The translations under genes and the position numbers were made by a program. From Antechinus flavipes (lineage: Eukaryota): DNA of 64,000 nt. The stretch spans positions 6,572,001-6,636,000 of the forward strand of contig NC_067399.1 in NCBI RefSeq assembly GCF_016432865.1, given 5' to 3'. The notes beneath the pieces are model-generated. The model saw only the letters and a list, made by a program, of their open reading frames with translations, was not told where the DNA came from and made no database searches. Below are positions 35,626 through 48,289 of the stretch, in pieces (the stretch's first letter is position 1; the number at the start of each line of letters is the position of its first letter).

Positions 35626-37197
35626 ACGTGTGTGAGCCAGGGCCGGCCCTCTCCTCACGGTTCCCAGCCTCGCCAGGCTCAGCCGCCCAGGGACGAGAAC
35701 AGCCGGCGCTTTTACGTATAAACTTTCCGAAGCGCTTGACGAACGCCATCTGGCCCTCGCAGCCCGAGAGGGGGCGCTCTTGTGGCGCTTCCCAGATGGG
35801 AAACCGAGGCAGGCTCGCACCGCATCGCAGAGACGGGGTCTGAGCCTGACTTACTCCCTAGCCCTAAATGTGGATGTTCCTTCTCTATTTATCTGCGGGG
35901 GTTAAGTGACTTGGGTCCCACAGGCAGGAAGGGGGGAGGGTCTGCGGTCACGTGGGCACTCGGGGCCTCCTGCCTTCGGGGCTGGGGCTCCGCCCCCTGC
36001 GCCCCCTGCTGCCCGGAATCTGTATATTGTTATAAAGGGCTGTCCCGGGAGTCCCGGGAGACCTGTACGAAGAGCGGCGCTTGTCTCGGCGCCCCGGCTG
36101 ACTGTCCTCTCCCGCTCCTCCTGAGGCCTTTCTCTGTGACAAAAACCAAAAAGCGGCGGCCGCGCCCCTCCGGGGGCGGGGGCCGGACCTGCGGGCGGAG
36201 GCGGGGCGGTCTCTGGAACCCTCCGAGCCCCCGGGGCTCCCCCCACCCCCCTCCCTCCCTCCCCCCACCTTCCCCACCCCCCTCCCCTTCACAACTTCCC
36301 CCTCCCCCCCCAGACTCTGGCCCGCCCCGGCACTTTCCCCAGTCGTGGCCAACCTTGTTTTCCTCGTTCTGCACCTTTAGTTTCTCTCTGTCCCTCTGGG
36401 GCTTCCGACAGCGCCTGCGGGGCCGCTGAGGGGAAGCCTTGGGGTCACCGGCGGCCTGGGGGTGGGGGTGGGGGCACCGCGAGGGACCTTCGGAACCTGA
36501 ACCCTCCGTGAGGGCCACGTGGCCGCAGCTGGCGAGGGGATTGGAGCTGACGGTCCGGGGGCAGGGAGCCTGGGGGGGGGGGGGGCACGTGCAGAGCAGC
36601 AGGAGACTAAGGAAGGCCCGCGGGGGGCCGGTCACTGCTGACGGGGGCTCGGGGCTGAAGCCGAGGCCGAAAGCCCCCATGTCCCCACTTCCCGGCATGT
36701 CGAGTGTGAGGGACACAGAAGTGGTTGAGCAGCAGGGGTCCCCTCTAAGGGCCGGCTCCTCCCTGGGCAGCCCCGAGGAGGGATGAGTCACCCCCGGGAA
36801 GGCTGGGGTCACCCGAGTTCGTCCGGCTGTGTTCTGGTAGGGGGCTGCTGCCTCCCCCCCCCCCCCCGCTCGGTTCCTACGCGGTGAGACGCGCTCTGGG
36901 CTGGCGGACCCAGGTGAGCAACCTGAATCCCAGGGCTTTCCTGAGCCTCGATGGTCTCATCTAGAAAATGGGGATGATGCTACCCCTTACACCGCCCCTC
37001 CCGCCCCTTGTAAAGCTTAAAGCCTAAAAGGGGCCTCTCCCCGGTTCTCCCGCTTCTGGGCCCCCGGGAGGTGGGTCCCGGGACTGGGGGATCATGGCTC
37101 TGGACGCTGGCAGGAATTCACTTAATCAGCTGACTCCCCTTCTGATTTCCTGGCTGCCCTAGGTCCCAGAGGAAGAAAATGAAAGGACCAGGATTGA

Positions 37198-37538
37198 GAG
37201 CCCTCCCATCCCTGGCCCCCTCCCATCCCTGGCCCCCTCCCATCCCTGCCCCCCTCCCATCCTGGCCCCCTCCCATCTCTGTGCCCCTCCCATCCCTGGC
37301 CCCCTCCCATCTCTGTGCCTCTCCCATCCCTGCCCCCCTCCCATCTCTGTGCCCCTCCCATCCCTGCCCCCCTCCCATCTCTGTGCCCCCTCCCATCCCT
37401 GGCCCCCTCCCATCTCTGTGCCCCTCCCATCCCTGGCCCCCTCCCATCCCTGGCCCCCTCCCATCTCTGTGCCCCCTCCCATCCCTGCCCCCCTCCCATC
37501 CCTGGCCCCCTCCCATCTCTGTGCCCCTCCCATCCCCG
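37198..37538. repeat. 18-19-bp C-rich repeat CCCCTCCCATC(CCTGGC/TCTGTG)C
   Basis: Read directly from the sequence. Confidence 0.93.
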
Positions 37539-37762
37539 CACCCCCAAGCTCACCCCGGGGAGGGGGGGGAGGGGAGGGACAGGCGGACTGGCCGGAGCTG
37601 CCGAGCCTTCCCCACAGCCGGGCTCCAGGCCCCAGCTCCGCGGCCGCCCAGCATCAGGGCAGCCTCCTGGCTTCTGAGGCCCCTTAGTGGACACAGCCCC
37701 AAACTGCAGCCCCGAGGCCGGCGAGGCCGCCTGCGCGGGGAGGCTCGGGGAGGGAGGCGGCC

Positions 37763-37922
37763 CAGGGCGGGAGGAGCCCCAGGGTGGGAGGAGCCCCAGG
37801 GTGGGAGGAGCCCCAGGGTGGGAGGAGCCCCAGGGTGGGAGGAGCCCCAGGGCGGGAGGAGCCCCAGGGCGGGAAGAGGCTCCGGGGAGGGAGGAGCCTC
37901 AGGGCAGGGGGGAGCCCCAGGG
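37763..37922. repeat. 18-bp G-rich repeat GGGAGGAGCCCCAGGG(T/C)
   Basis: Read directly from the sequence. Confidence 0.9.
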
Positions 37923-39777
37923 CGTTGCTGCCGAGGCCGCTTCTCGCTCACCTCACGCTAAGTGCGTTAGAAAATAGCAGAGACCCACGGGGAGCGGACG
38001 GAGACATGGAGAGACGGGAGGGGCGGGGGAAGGACAGAGAAAATGAGTGAAAGGGACAGAAGGAGAGAGACCAAGGTAGCCAGAGCTGCAATGGCAGGAG
38101 ACAGAGGAGGGAGCAACCTGGGGGGGCACCCCCCACCCCACCCCCAGAGGGAAAAGACCAGAAAAACCGAAATGGAGAAAGAGACACATGGAGAGATGGG
38201 GGAGAGATGGGGGGGATGGGGGGGAAGATCCCCAGGAGGAGAGAGGGAGGCTGGGCTCAAGTTTCCCCCCCTCCCCATAATGACGTTAATGAACAATAAT
38301 GAACCACTAAAGTTTCTAGCCCGGGAAGGTTTACACGGAGCTTCACCAACCTTAGCCTTGCCAGAACTCCGGGGAAAAGGTCCTGTCATCTCCACTTTCC
38401 GGATGAGAAAAGACTGACTGAGGGGTTAAGGCTTGTCCCGAACCGGCGGCGGGTGCCTGAGACGGCTCTGAGCTGGGCCGGCCCGCGGGGCCCTCACTGC
38501 GCCATAGCCTGGAGGCCCGGGTTTGGGCCCGGCTGGGGTCCCCTGGCTGTGACCTCTCTGCCACGCCCCCTCTGGTCCCCGCCTGCATCTCCCGAGGGGG
38601 GCGGACCCGCTCTCTGCGGCCTCTGCCCATTGGGGGGGGGGTCGTGTGATGTTCGGGGGGATGATGAGATGCTCAGTCTCCGGGTCTCAGAGGGGTCGCA
38701 GGAGAAGCCGTGCTGGGCAAGCCCCAAAAGGAGCCGGGGCCACCTCAGGCCTTGGGGATCCGCAGGGCGCTTTCCTCGGGGGGCTCAGGGGGCAAGAGCA
38801 GCGGCCGTAATGTTCAGAGAAAGCAAAGGGCCGGCTCAGGGACCCTGCGGCAGCGAGGCGGGGCGGGCCTGGGGGGCCGGAGGCTGCTCCTGTCTGTCTG
38901 ACTCACAGTGCCCTGGCTTCTGACAGCGAATTAACTCGGGAAAACTGCGCCCCGGAAACATTTAGGGAGAGGAGCAGGAACTGATAAGTGTAGAGAGGGA
39001 GCCTGAGTCCCGAAAGTCTGGAGTCCGCTGCCCGAGGGCCGCAAATAGTGATAGGGAGTCTTCCCTATTCAAACATAATCAATCAACAAACATTTATTAG
39101 ATACCTGCTGTGTGCCAGATGCTGCTAATAGACACTCCTTGGGGTTTCTCCTGGGAGCTGGCTCTTCCTTCTATTTGTTTTCCTAATGATTATCACTGAG
39201 CCTGGCACATAGCTACNNNNNNNNNNNNNNNNNNNNNNNNNNNNNNNNNNNNNNNNNNNNNNNNNNNNNNNNNNNNNNNNNNNNNNNNNNNNNNNNNNNN
39301 NNNNNNNNNNNNNNNNNNNNNNNNNNNNNNNNNNNNNNNNNNNNNNNNNNNNNNNNNNNNNNNNNNNNNNNNNNNNNNNNNNNNNNNNNNNNNNNNNNNN
39401 NNNNNNNNNNNNNNNNNNNNNNNNNNNNNNNNNNNNNNNNNNNNNNNNNNNNNNNNNNNNNNNNNNNNNNNNNNNNNNNNNNNNNNNNNNNNNNNGAGCC
39501 TTTGGGCAGCTGTGGACCCTAATAATGGAGACGCCAAGTTGGGATGGGCCCTGCTTCCACTGCTAAGGGGCATATTCTCAAGCCCTGAGAGCAGAACACG
39601 CGGGAGCCAGGGGCATCTTAGAGAATTCCCAAGATTTCCTCTCCCCAGCATCCCGGCTTTCCTTGGGGTGAGGGTCCCTCCTCCAATAGGGGATGAGCCG
39701 CCCGGAGGAGCCACCTAGGGCCTGATTCAAATCGCACCTACCCTTATAGTCTGTGTGACTCTGCATGGATCACTTCA

Positions 39778-39934
39778 TTTTTTTTTTTTTTTTTTTTTTT
39801 GCTGAAGTAACTAGGGTTAAGTGACTTGCCCAGGGTCACACAGCCAGGAAGTGTGAAGTGTCTGAGTTAGATTTGAACTCAGGTCCTCCTGACTTCAGGC
39901 TGGTGCTCCATCCACTGCGCCCCCTAGCTGCCCC
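39778..39934 (-). mobile_element. Short tRNA-derived marsupial SINE (WSINE1-like) with 23-nt poly(A), nested in an older MIR
   Basis: The reverse complement begins GGGGCAGCTAGGGGGCGCAGTGGATGGAGCACCAG...CCTGAGTTCAAATCT (A/B boxes). Degenerate TSD GGATCACTTCATTT / GGGTCATTTCATTT (12/14). Confidence 0.85.
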
Positions 39935-40424
39935 AGGGTCATTTCATTTCTCTCAGACCACTTACTCATTTGTGTTAGCAGCTTATAATGAAGCTCTGAT
40001 GCGATAACGCTTATTAAGCGCTTTATCAGTGTCCAGGGATGGTTACCATCATTGTCATATTTCTACAAGAGCCATGACCTCGATTTGTCATGGATTAAAA
40101 ATGCAGTGGTTAGAGCATGAGACCGGGGGTCAGGAGGACCCGGGACCAAATCCAGTGCGGTCGCCCTCCCCTGCCTGCCTGGGTGATCACCGCTCGGAGT
40201 CGGGTTGCTTCTCTGGAATCTGAAGCTGAAGCTCGTACCGCCCGCCCCCAGGCTTGGGTGAAGAGGGAATGTTACCGTGCCTGAGGCGCTATGGGACCAG
40301 GAGCTCGCACTGTAAGATCACGGAGATGAAGCAGGAAGCTGTGGAGAACGTCTCATTTCCCAGATGAAGCAGCCGTGGCTCAGAGAGCACAGGGGCCTGT
40401 CCGAGATCTCTGTGGTTGTTCAAT

Positions 40425-40575
40425 CATTTCGGTGGTACCCGACTCTTTGTGAGCCCGTTTGGGATTTTCTTGGCAAAGATTCTAGAAGGATTTGCCATTT
40501 CCTTGTCTAGTTCACTTTACAGAGGAGGAAACTGAGGCCAACAGGGTGAAATGACTTGCCCACAGCTCACCAACT
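40425..40575 (-). mobile_element. MAR1-like SINE fragment (RTE/BovB-type tail plus CORE)
   Basis: GGGATTTTCTTGGCAAAGATTCTAGAAGGATTTGCCATTTCCTT...TTTACAGAGGAGGAAACTGAGGC matches the remembered MAR1 antisense sequence. Confidence 0.75.
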
Positions 40576-41699
40576 GGAGACAGAAGACCGAGGTCCAGAA
40601 CCTGCCTTTTCCCCTCACCTCCTGTGTGATGGCCCTATCTCAACCTTATTTTAAAATCAGGACCTTGGACAGAGCCCTTCACTCCATGGATGGGAGTCAT
40701 GCTCTGAACCTCAGCTTCTTCATATAGAATGAAAATTACATTTCCCCCGCCCATCTTGCAGGGAGATTGTAAAGTTTAAGAGATTATAATTAAGGCTCAC
40801 GCCTGGTCCCGAAGGCAGAGCTTGACCCCCGGTACCCACTGACCCTCTTGGGGCACGCGCACCTTTGGCCGCCCGCCTCAATGAGAGGTCAGCTCGGGCA
40901 CCGGGAGACGACCTTCTTGTCCCAGTCTGGCTCATTATCCCAACTCTCCATAATAGTTGTGCTTCCCCAAGTGGTTTGCAGCCATGATGTAAAAGCCCTG
41001 CAACAACCACGTAAGGTGGGTAATAACATTAACTGACTTTTCTGATGGGTCATTGGGTACCGTGTGACCTGGCTTGAGCCTGACAAGGAGACGGGTACCA
41101 CGGCTATTACTCTGTCCATTTCACAGAGGAGAATGCTGAGACCCAGAGAAGTCGCTACAGTCACCCAATTCTGTTTGGCAGGTTAGGAATGCTCCAGGGC
41201 CGGCACTCCGTACCCCGGGCCACACTGCTTCCGGCAGCCGATCGGTGCTAAGCAGTGGATCACCGGCTGGGTGGGACAGACCACCCTGCTGGGCCCTGGA
41301 GTCACAAATGCAAAGAGTAAATCATTGCAAGGTTCTATTTTAGTACAAGAGACAAGAATACTCTGTATTTAGATATACACAGGACAAATGTGAAGAGAAT
41401 AAGGAGAAATGCAAACTGGTTAAATACAAGGTTCTTTGGGAGGGGGTGGGGGGGGCTACCTGTTGAGGGACCAAGAAAGACAGCATAGAAAGTAGGAGTC
41501 AAAGGAAGTTTGTGATTTTATGAGGAGGAGAAAGTCAGGACCTTGGACAGAGCCTCTCACTCCGTGGATGGGGAACTGAGAGGGACATATTCTCGACCTC
41601 GGGTTTCTTTATATAGAATGACAATTATATTTTCACTGCCCACCTTGTAAAGTTTAAAAGGTTATAATTAAGATGGCCCTTAAGCCATTTCCTTAACAA

Positions 41700-41990
41700 T
41701 TAGAACATAAGCTTCTTGAGGGCAGGGGTTGTTTTGGTTTTTAATCCCCTGACACAGAATAAGTCTAAGAAGTAGCTATGCGGTGCAATGGTTAGAGACT
41801 GCAGTCAAGAAGGCTTAAAGCTCAAATCTGGCCTTTTCACTTACCTGCTGTGTGACCCTAGGCAAGTCACTTTAGCTCTGCCTGCCCAAGCCTCCTCAGC
41901 TGTGAAACAAGATAACAGAACACGGTAAGAGGGTGAACATCGTGAGCTAATATTTGTGGAGTGCTGCGCACAGGGCTGGCGCATAGTGGG
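41700..41990 (+). mobile_element. L2 tail plus MIR/MAR1 fragments
   Basis: AAGCTTCTTGAGGGCAGGG; GCTGTGTGACCCTAGGCAAGTCACTT. Confidence 0.6.
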
Positions 41991-43142
41991 CACTATGGAA
42001 GTGCTGGTTCCCTTCCCCACCTCCCCCTCCAACGCATCTTCCAGAGGTCCTTACCCGGCGTTCCGAGGTCTTCCTTCTGCCTCGTGATATTCTGGGGGAC
42101 GGGGACCGAGTGGGGCGTATGTGTCGCCGGGCAGGTGAGGAGCACGGTGGATGGACCATAAGGTTTGCAACAGGGGGACCTGTGCTGAATCCTGTCTCAA
42201 GTTCCTTGCCCGTAAAATGAGAGTGATGACATCAGCTCCCTCACAATTGGCTGTGCGGGCCCAGGATAACGCCTGTAAAGCTCTCAGCACAGAACCCGAC
42301 AACCTCGGCACTCAGGTCTTGATAAACAAAATGGTTAATGAAGCAGTAGCCATTAAGAGGCTTGTTCGCTTCCTAATAGAGGCCGCTGGTTGGTTTCAGG
42401 AAATAGTAACGATCGTAATAACTGGCCGTGGTGCAGGTGTAAACGCCGGTGCCCCGGAGCTTTGGGGGTCTCTAGTCTATCAGGGAAGCAAGGACTCTGC
42501 CAGGCTGCGGCTTCCCCTGCCACGTGTCTGCTCCGTACGGGGCTGTCCCGTTTAGAAACCAAGAGCCAGTTTAAATGCAAGCCCTTTCCCCACCTGGGCT
42601 CCACCATCCCTGCAGCATCAGAAGGGGGCAGCAAAAGACTGAGGGTCACTCACTTACTCCATTCCTCCCTGGCTTTCCACGGCCAAAGGCTCCTCCCCGA
42701 GTGGCCAGTCGGCTGGCCAAGTGCTCGCTGAGCCTCGCTCTGACTAACCCGGGCTCGGGCTGAAACAGCGTTCCCGGCTTGGGGGATGTTCCGAGCCTCC
42801 CCAACCCAGTCCGCGAGCTCCCAGGGTCGCTTCCGTACCAGGTGTCGTCGGGATGCCATTCATTGATGATTACAACAGTGATTTTTCTGTAGCATCTTCC
42901 ATGATGCTTTACTCTGTGCATTAAGCGCCTGCTGTATACAGTCCTGTTCCAGACATGAGGAGAGATGGCCACCTGGTTAGCATCCCCCTCCGCCCTCACA
43001 AAGGGCGTCAGATGGACCCTAAGAGGCGCGTCTGTCATGTTTTTAATGATGTTTGGCCAGATATGTTGCACGTTTGCATCATTTTATTTTCCTTTTGCCT
43101 TTTAACCCTTTGCTTTTTTATTGCATCCCCAGGTTTCCTGGA

Positions 43143-43212
43143 ATGGGCAATCTTCTCAAGGTCCTAACCAGGGAAATTGAAAACTACCCACACTTTTTCC
43201 TGGATTTTGAAA
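43143..43212 (+). CDS. CYRIA: CYRIA coding exon 1 (gene exon 3; exon begins at 43133): [23 protein letters not shown]
   Basis: Acceptor ttgcatccccag|G, ATG 10 nt into the exon, donor AA|GTAAGT. Contains the Gly2 myristoylation motif. Confidence 0.97.
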
Positions 43213-44559
43213 GTAAGTTCAACAAGTGCCCCGATGCTAAGAGACCCTTTCCCTGCTTGCCCTTGCAGCTGGCTGAGAAAGTTCCAGCCTCGTGGTCCCA
43301 GACTTGCGGTCGGCCCTCAGACCTGAGTCTTCTGTGGGAGTGAGGGGATCCTCCCTCCTGTGCTCTCGTAACAGCAATGGTTGGGCCAGGGTCCGTGGCT
43401 CTAGAAGGGATCTACTCTTCAGAAAAATAAGCTGAAACCCAACTATGATTTTGAAAATACGTTAAAATGCATATATTAAATTATCTTGAAAACTCAAGGC
43501 AATAAAATGAGTAAGGACAAGGGAAATTACTTTAATTGGGCAGAAAAATGTCACGTAAGTGGTCTGCAAATACATTCAAGAAATAAAGCAAGAATCCACT
43601 ATTAGCCCATGGCCTATTTAGAATATAAAATACAGACTTTAGAACTTTGATCCTAGAACATCAGAGAGCTTGGGGGAAACTTAGAACATAAAGCATACTG
43701 TCAGAAACAAGGGAGACGTCCAACCTTCCCTCAGGGCCATAAATCTTCTATGTGTTTGATGGAAGCCAGCGTCAGCCATAGAACATCTCCTTGATTAACA
43801 GAAGTTAAATTTCAGAACTGGGAGAAAAATTGGGAAATAGAGTCATATTTTGATGTTAATTTGAATTCCATTCCTAGACCTTAATTGTATATTATCTCAA
43901 ATGAGAAAAAAAAAAATATATATATATATATATAAAGCTCTTTTCAAATCTTAAAACACTCTATATAAATTATGTGTGTATACTTGCCATTATTATTAAT
44001 AATGTTATTATTTTTTCCATTTCAGTTTTCAGGATAAATTTCTTTTCTTCAAAATCTTTTTTTTGGGGGGGGTGTTATATTTTATGTAAAATGGTAGATT
44101 ATAGATTGTTGCAACATCTAAGGGGCCAATAGTTGATTCTTGCTTTATTTATTTTTATTTATTTGGAGACCACTTATGTGACATTTTTTCCTCCAGTTAA
44201 GCTAGTTTTCCCCGTCCTTGTTCATTTTATTCCTTTTTATTTTCAAAATAACATAAAACAGATACATTAGAAAGTTAGTGTTGTTGTACTGATGGAAATT
44301 ATCACGCGTCTCTTCCTTTGCCAATTTCTAACTAGCCGTGGTCCCTACCTATATTTTATTGCCTTCTGAAATAGAAATTACCTCGTGTTTATTTTTTAAA
44401 ATATGGATACTGGATCATTCTGAAAAAGCACTGCAAAAAGAGAGCTCCTACGGTGGCATCTTTCCCCTCTACCACGATGTTGCACAGCTCTGGCTGATAG
44501 GGGATGGTCCTCGGGGTATGGCCAAGCAGCTCTTCTGGATAAATATGCCACATACAAAC

Positions 44560-45235
44560 ACAACCCACATTTATTTATATGTATGTGTATAGATGTATAT
44601 ATGTTTATGCACATATATGTATTGCACATAGCTATATATTTATATATGCGTGTGTACATATATGTATGTAAATATGTATATGTATTTATATATTGTACAT
44701 ATATATGTGTTATATATTTATATGTACATATATATTCTATATAGGTATATATTTATATATGCATATGTACATATATGCAGGTAGATATGTATATGTATTT
44801 ATACATTGTACACATATGTGTATTATATATTTATATGTGTATGTGTACATGTATATCCTATATAGGTATATATTTATATATGCATTGCACATACATGCAT
44901 GTAGACATGTATATTTATATGATATACATATATGTATTGCCTATTTCTGTGTACATGCACACATGTGCACGTATGTATGCATGTTTTATATGTACATGTT
45001 GTGTGTTTATATATGCATGTGCACATAGGTATATGCGTGTATGAATATACAGGTATACATATTTGTGTTTGCGCATGTGTGTTTGTGTGTGTATGTGTGT
45101 ATGTGTATTATATTATCTATATACATGTAATATTTTATATATTTATATTTATCTCTATCTACATCTATCTATCCATATACTATCTATCTCTACCATCTAT
45201 CTCTATCTATCTACCATCTATCTATCTCTATATAC
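44560..45235. repeat. Compound (TA/TG/CA)n and (TCTA)n microsatellite
   Basis: Read directly from the sequence. Confidence 0.95.
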
Positions 45236-48200
45236 ATGTAACAGGCGATTTGGGGAGGTCTCTCCCTGTGGAAGTCCTAGGAAGTCTATGCCACGTAAGA
45301 GAAGTGGTTCGGGGAGCAAACTGTGGCTCCCCGGGCCTTCCGGGCGATGGCTGCCCAGCTAGCCCCGTCCGGTCTGGAGGGAGCGGCCCCCCCAGGGATT
45401 TCTGGGCCTGTCTCTGCGCCTTGTGGATTCTGAGGGCGGGGGACTGTCCGCTCAGGGTGACTGGCTGAAGGAGCGCAGTTGCGACCTTAGGAGTCATGGG
45501 AATCTGGGAGTCAGTGACCGTCACCTCACTGGTGTTTTTTTTCTGTTTCACGGGCACCAGGCGAGCAGCGCCTGAAAGTGGCTGCCATGGCCGGAGCCTT
45601 TTTAGATCTCTAGACTGTGAGGCCGTAGTGTGAGTAAGTTGTCCCCATTCAAGCGAGAAGGGAAGGAAGGTGAGCGGAGGGGAGATGACGTGGCCCCAAC
45701 ACACGGCTAATAGACCAAGTCTCGGATGAGAGCCTTTTGTCTAAACACAGGCTTCTTCCTCCTTACTCCTAGTTTATCGGAACAAATGAAATCAAAATGC
45801 GTAGAAGCGTCGCGTGTTTAATGCAGGGAGGTCTAACCTTAGTCACCTTGTGGGTCTGATCGAGGAAGGCGGGAGGACCTGGTCTCAGAAGGACTCAGAG
45901 ATCACCAGATCCCTTCCCTTTGCTTTCGAAAGGAGGAAAATGGCCCCAGACGGAGACAAGGACTTGCTCGGGGGCACGGGATAGGAAAGGGCTGGATCGA
46001 GGGCCGCCTTGGACACCTGGTACCGGCCGGTCCCTTCTCTGAGCCTCGGTGTTCCTACCTCAGAGAGGTCTGGGAAAGGCTCTAGGTCCCGAGGCACGGC
46101 AGTGAGTGGGAAGGCCCGCTCCGATGCTCACAAGTTCCCGAGTCTCAGTTTCCTCCCCCTACAGGTGAGGTGCCCAGGCCTCCGAGGCCCCCTCAGCTCG
46201 GGGCTGTGGCCAACGAGCCGTGATCCTCCAACCCCCAACTCCAATGACGCCGAGCCGACTGGTTCAGCTTCAGCTCTGGTGCCCTGTTAGTTTGTTCCCC
46301 AGGCCTGCACTGTCAGATTGAATCAGTGTCCCCCGCCCCAAGGCAAAAGGCTTGTTTGAACCAGTACTTCAGCAGGGCTGGGGGGAGTCTGGGAGCAGAG
46401 ACTTTCACATTTTGGCAGTGGAAATTGCCTTTCTCTGAGGGAGGCCATCAACCAAGATGAAAGAAAGCAGGAACGATTCGTGAAAGACCCTTCCCCTCAC
46501 GGCCCCTCTCCCTGGGCCCAGTCGGTGTTTCTGGAAGGCCAGGGGTGGGGGGAACACTTACCCCTATTTGGTACCTTGGACTTTTACAAAGAGCAAATGA
46601 GTTCCAAAGTCAGCCTTCCCTTTGAAGTCAGTGATGAAACATAATTGACCTGAGGTGAAGGACTATAATTGAGGAGGGGAAAGTATTTCAGAGCTAAGTC
46701 CTCTGTCAGCCCAAGGGTTCCCAGCTCCATGCAGTGAGCCCCCTCCCCCTCCTGTCATTTGACCTGGGAGAGGAAGGCTCCACTTTCCACTAATGACCCA
46801 GGTTGGAGCCCATTGGGGTGTATAAATGCTGCCATTTTGTTCTGTTTCCCTCCTCAGCCCAGCTTTCACCTCAGGTACTCTTTGTTGGGAGCTCGGGCAG
46901 GCTGGGAGACTCCGAACACCAGCGTTTCTCCCGACTGTCCAGTCACTGGAAAACATTGTCTCTAGAAGACTCTGGGGGGAGGAGGAGCCCAGGCAGGGCC
47001 ACCAGATCCAGCTGGATGAGGTCCAGGTGCGAGGGCGAAAAGGGGAGGGAAATAGCAGTGGCCAGCCCCTGCCTTCAGGGAGGTTGCTTCTACCTGGGAG
47101 GCACAATCAGGGAATAAAATACACACCCTCATGTCAGTCTGGGGGGAGGAGGGGGCTCCACAAGTAGGGGACCATAGAGGGACCTATAGTAGAGGAGTGA
47201 GATAGAGACTGGGGGACCAATGAGGAGACCCTTGTAGGAGAGAGGAGAGAAATGATGCAATTTGCACAAGGACAGGGGCCGTCAGGGCAGAGAAGGTTGG
47301 GTGAGAGAAGACATGTTGGGGGATTGAGGCTATCCTCCAAATGGAAGGCAGCAGGTTTGGACCTGTTTATATGAGACTCCCCCCTCAAGGAGCTCCTGTC
47401 CATCACCATATTATGGGGTGTGGGGAGACCACAAGATAATTCCAGGGAGGCCATACCAATCCTTGAAGTGCCTTGCCCTTTATAAGCGCAGTCCTCCCAC
47501 AGGCCCTGGAGCTGGTTCAGCCAGTTTCTAGGGGCGAGCTCTCTGGGCCGGGGAGAGGCCGCACAGGGCTCTGGCCAGCCTGGGATCCCCAGGGCGCTCT
47601 TCAGGCCTGATCCCCCTCCTGGAGGTCCCACTTCCCCGTGGCCATCTGATCCCTCCAACAAAAGCATTCCTGGGCGGCCAGGCCCGGTGGTACCTTTCCC
47701 GGCGCTGCTGACAGGAGGAATGCTTGTCATCCCCCCGGGATGAAGGGGCTCCATTCCCCGCTGAAAGGGGCCAGCTGGAACACGAAACTGGACGCTTATC
47801 GACATGCTGACAGTCGCTACTCGCCATCACTTGAGGGCAAAATTCTCCCAAATGGAGCTAAATCCTTCGGATGAAAAGCTCATCGTTCCCGCCCGAGGCT
47901 CCTCGCTCGACAAATCCTGCATGTGTTGGATTCCTAACACGGGGTACTCGGAGCCCAGCCCGCAGATGGAGGTCAGGAAGGTCAGAGGGCAGGGGGTGCC
48001 TGTAATGCGCTCGGCTTTCCTGGTCCTGAACAGGTGTGTAAATCACCCCCACGTCAGGGCCCGCACGGGCGGCTTCCTCAGGCCGCAGAAAGAACTGGTT
48101 TCTGAGATTGCTTGGGTAAATCCCAGGGACCTTTGGCGTTTCCTTGGAAAGATAGCAGGATCTCTGGCCAATGGGACCCTTTTTGAGAATGACCCTGAAA

Positions 48201-48289
48201 TTACTGGAAATCACTGGAGTTGTAGAAGTCCGTCATTGGAGGAGAGCGGGAGAGAGGCCGTCGCTAGAAGAAATACAGGCCCACAAATT

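Noticed and set aside
3982-37922. Rsx-like marsupial repeat-rich lncRNA
   Set aside because: Rsx lies near HPRT1/PHF6 on the X. These arrays sit in CYRIA introns, and no separate transcript structure is evident.
39801-39934. tRNA gene (A and B boxes on the minus strand)
   Set aside because: It is a tRNA-derived SINE head with a CORE segment, poly(A) and TSD, not a cloverleaf tRNA.
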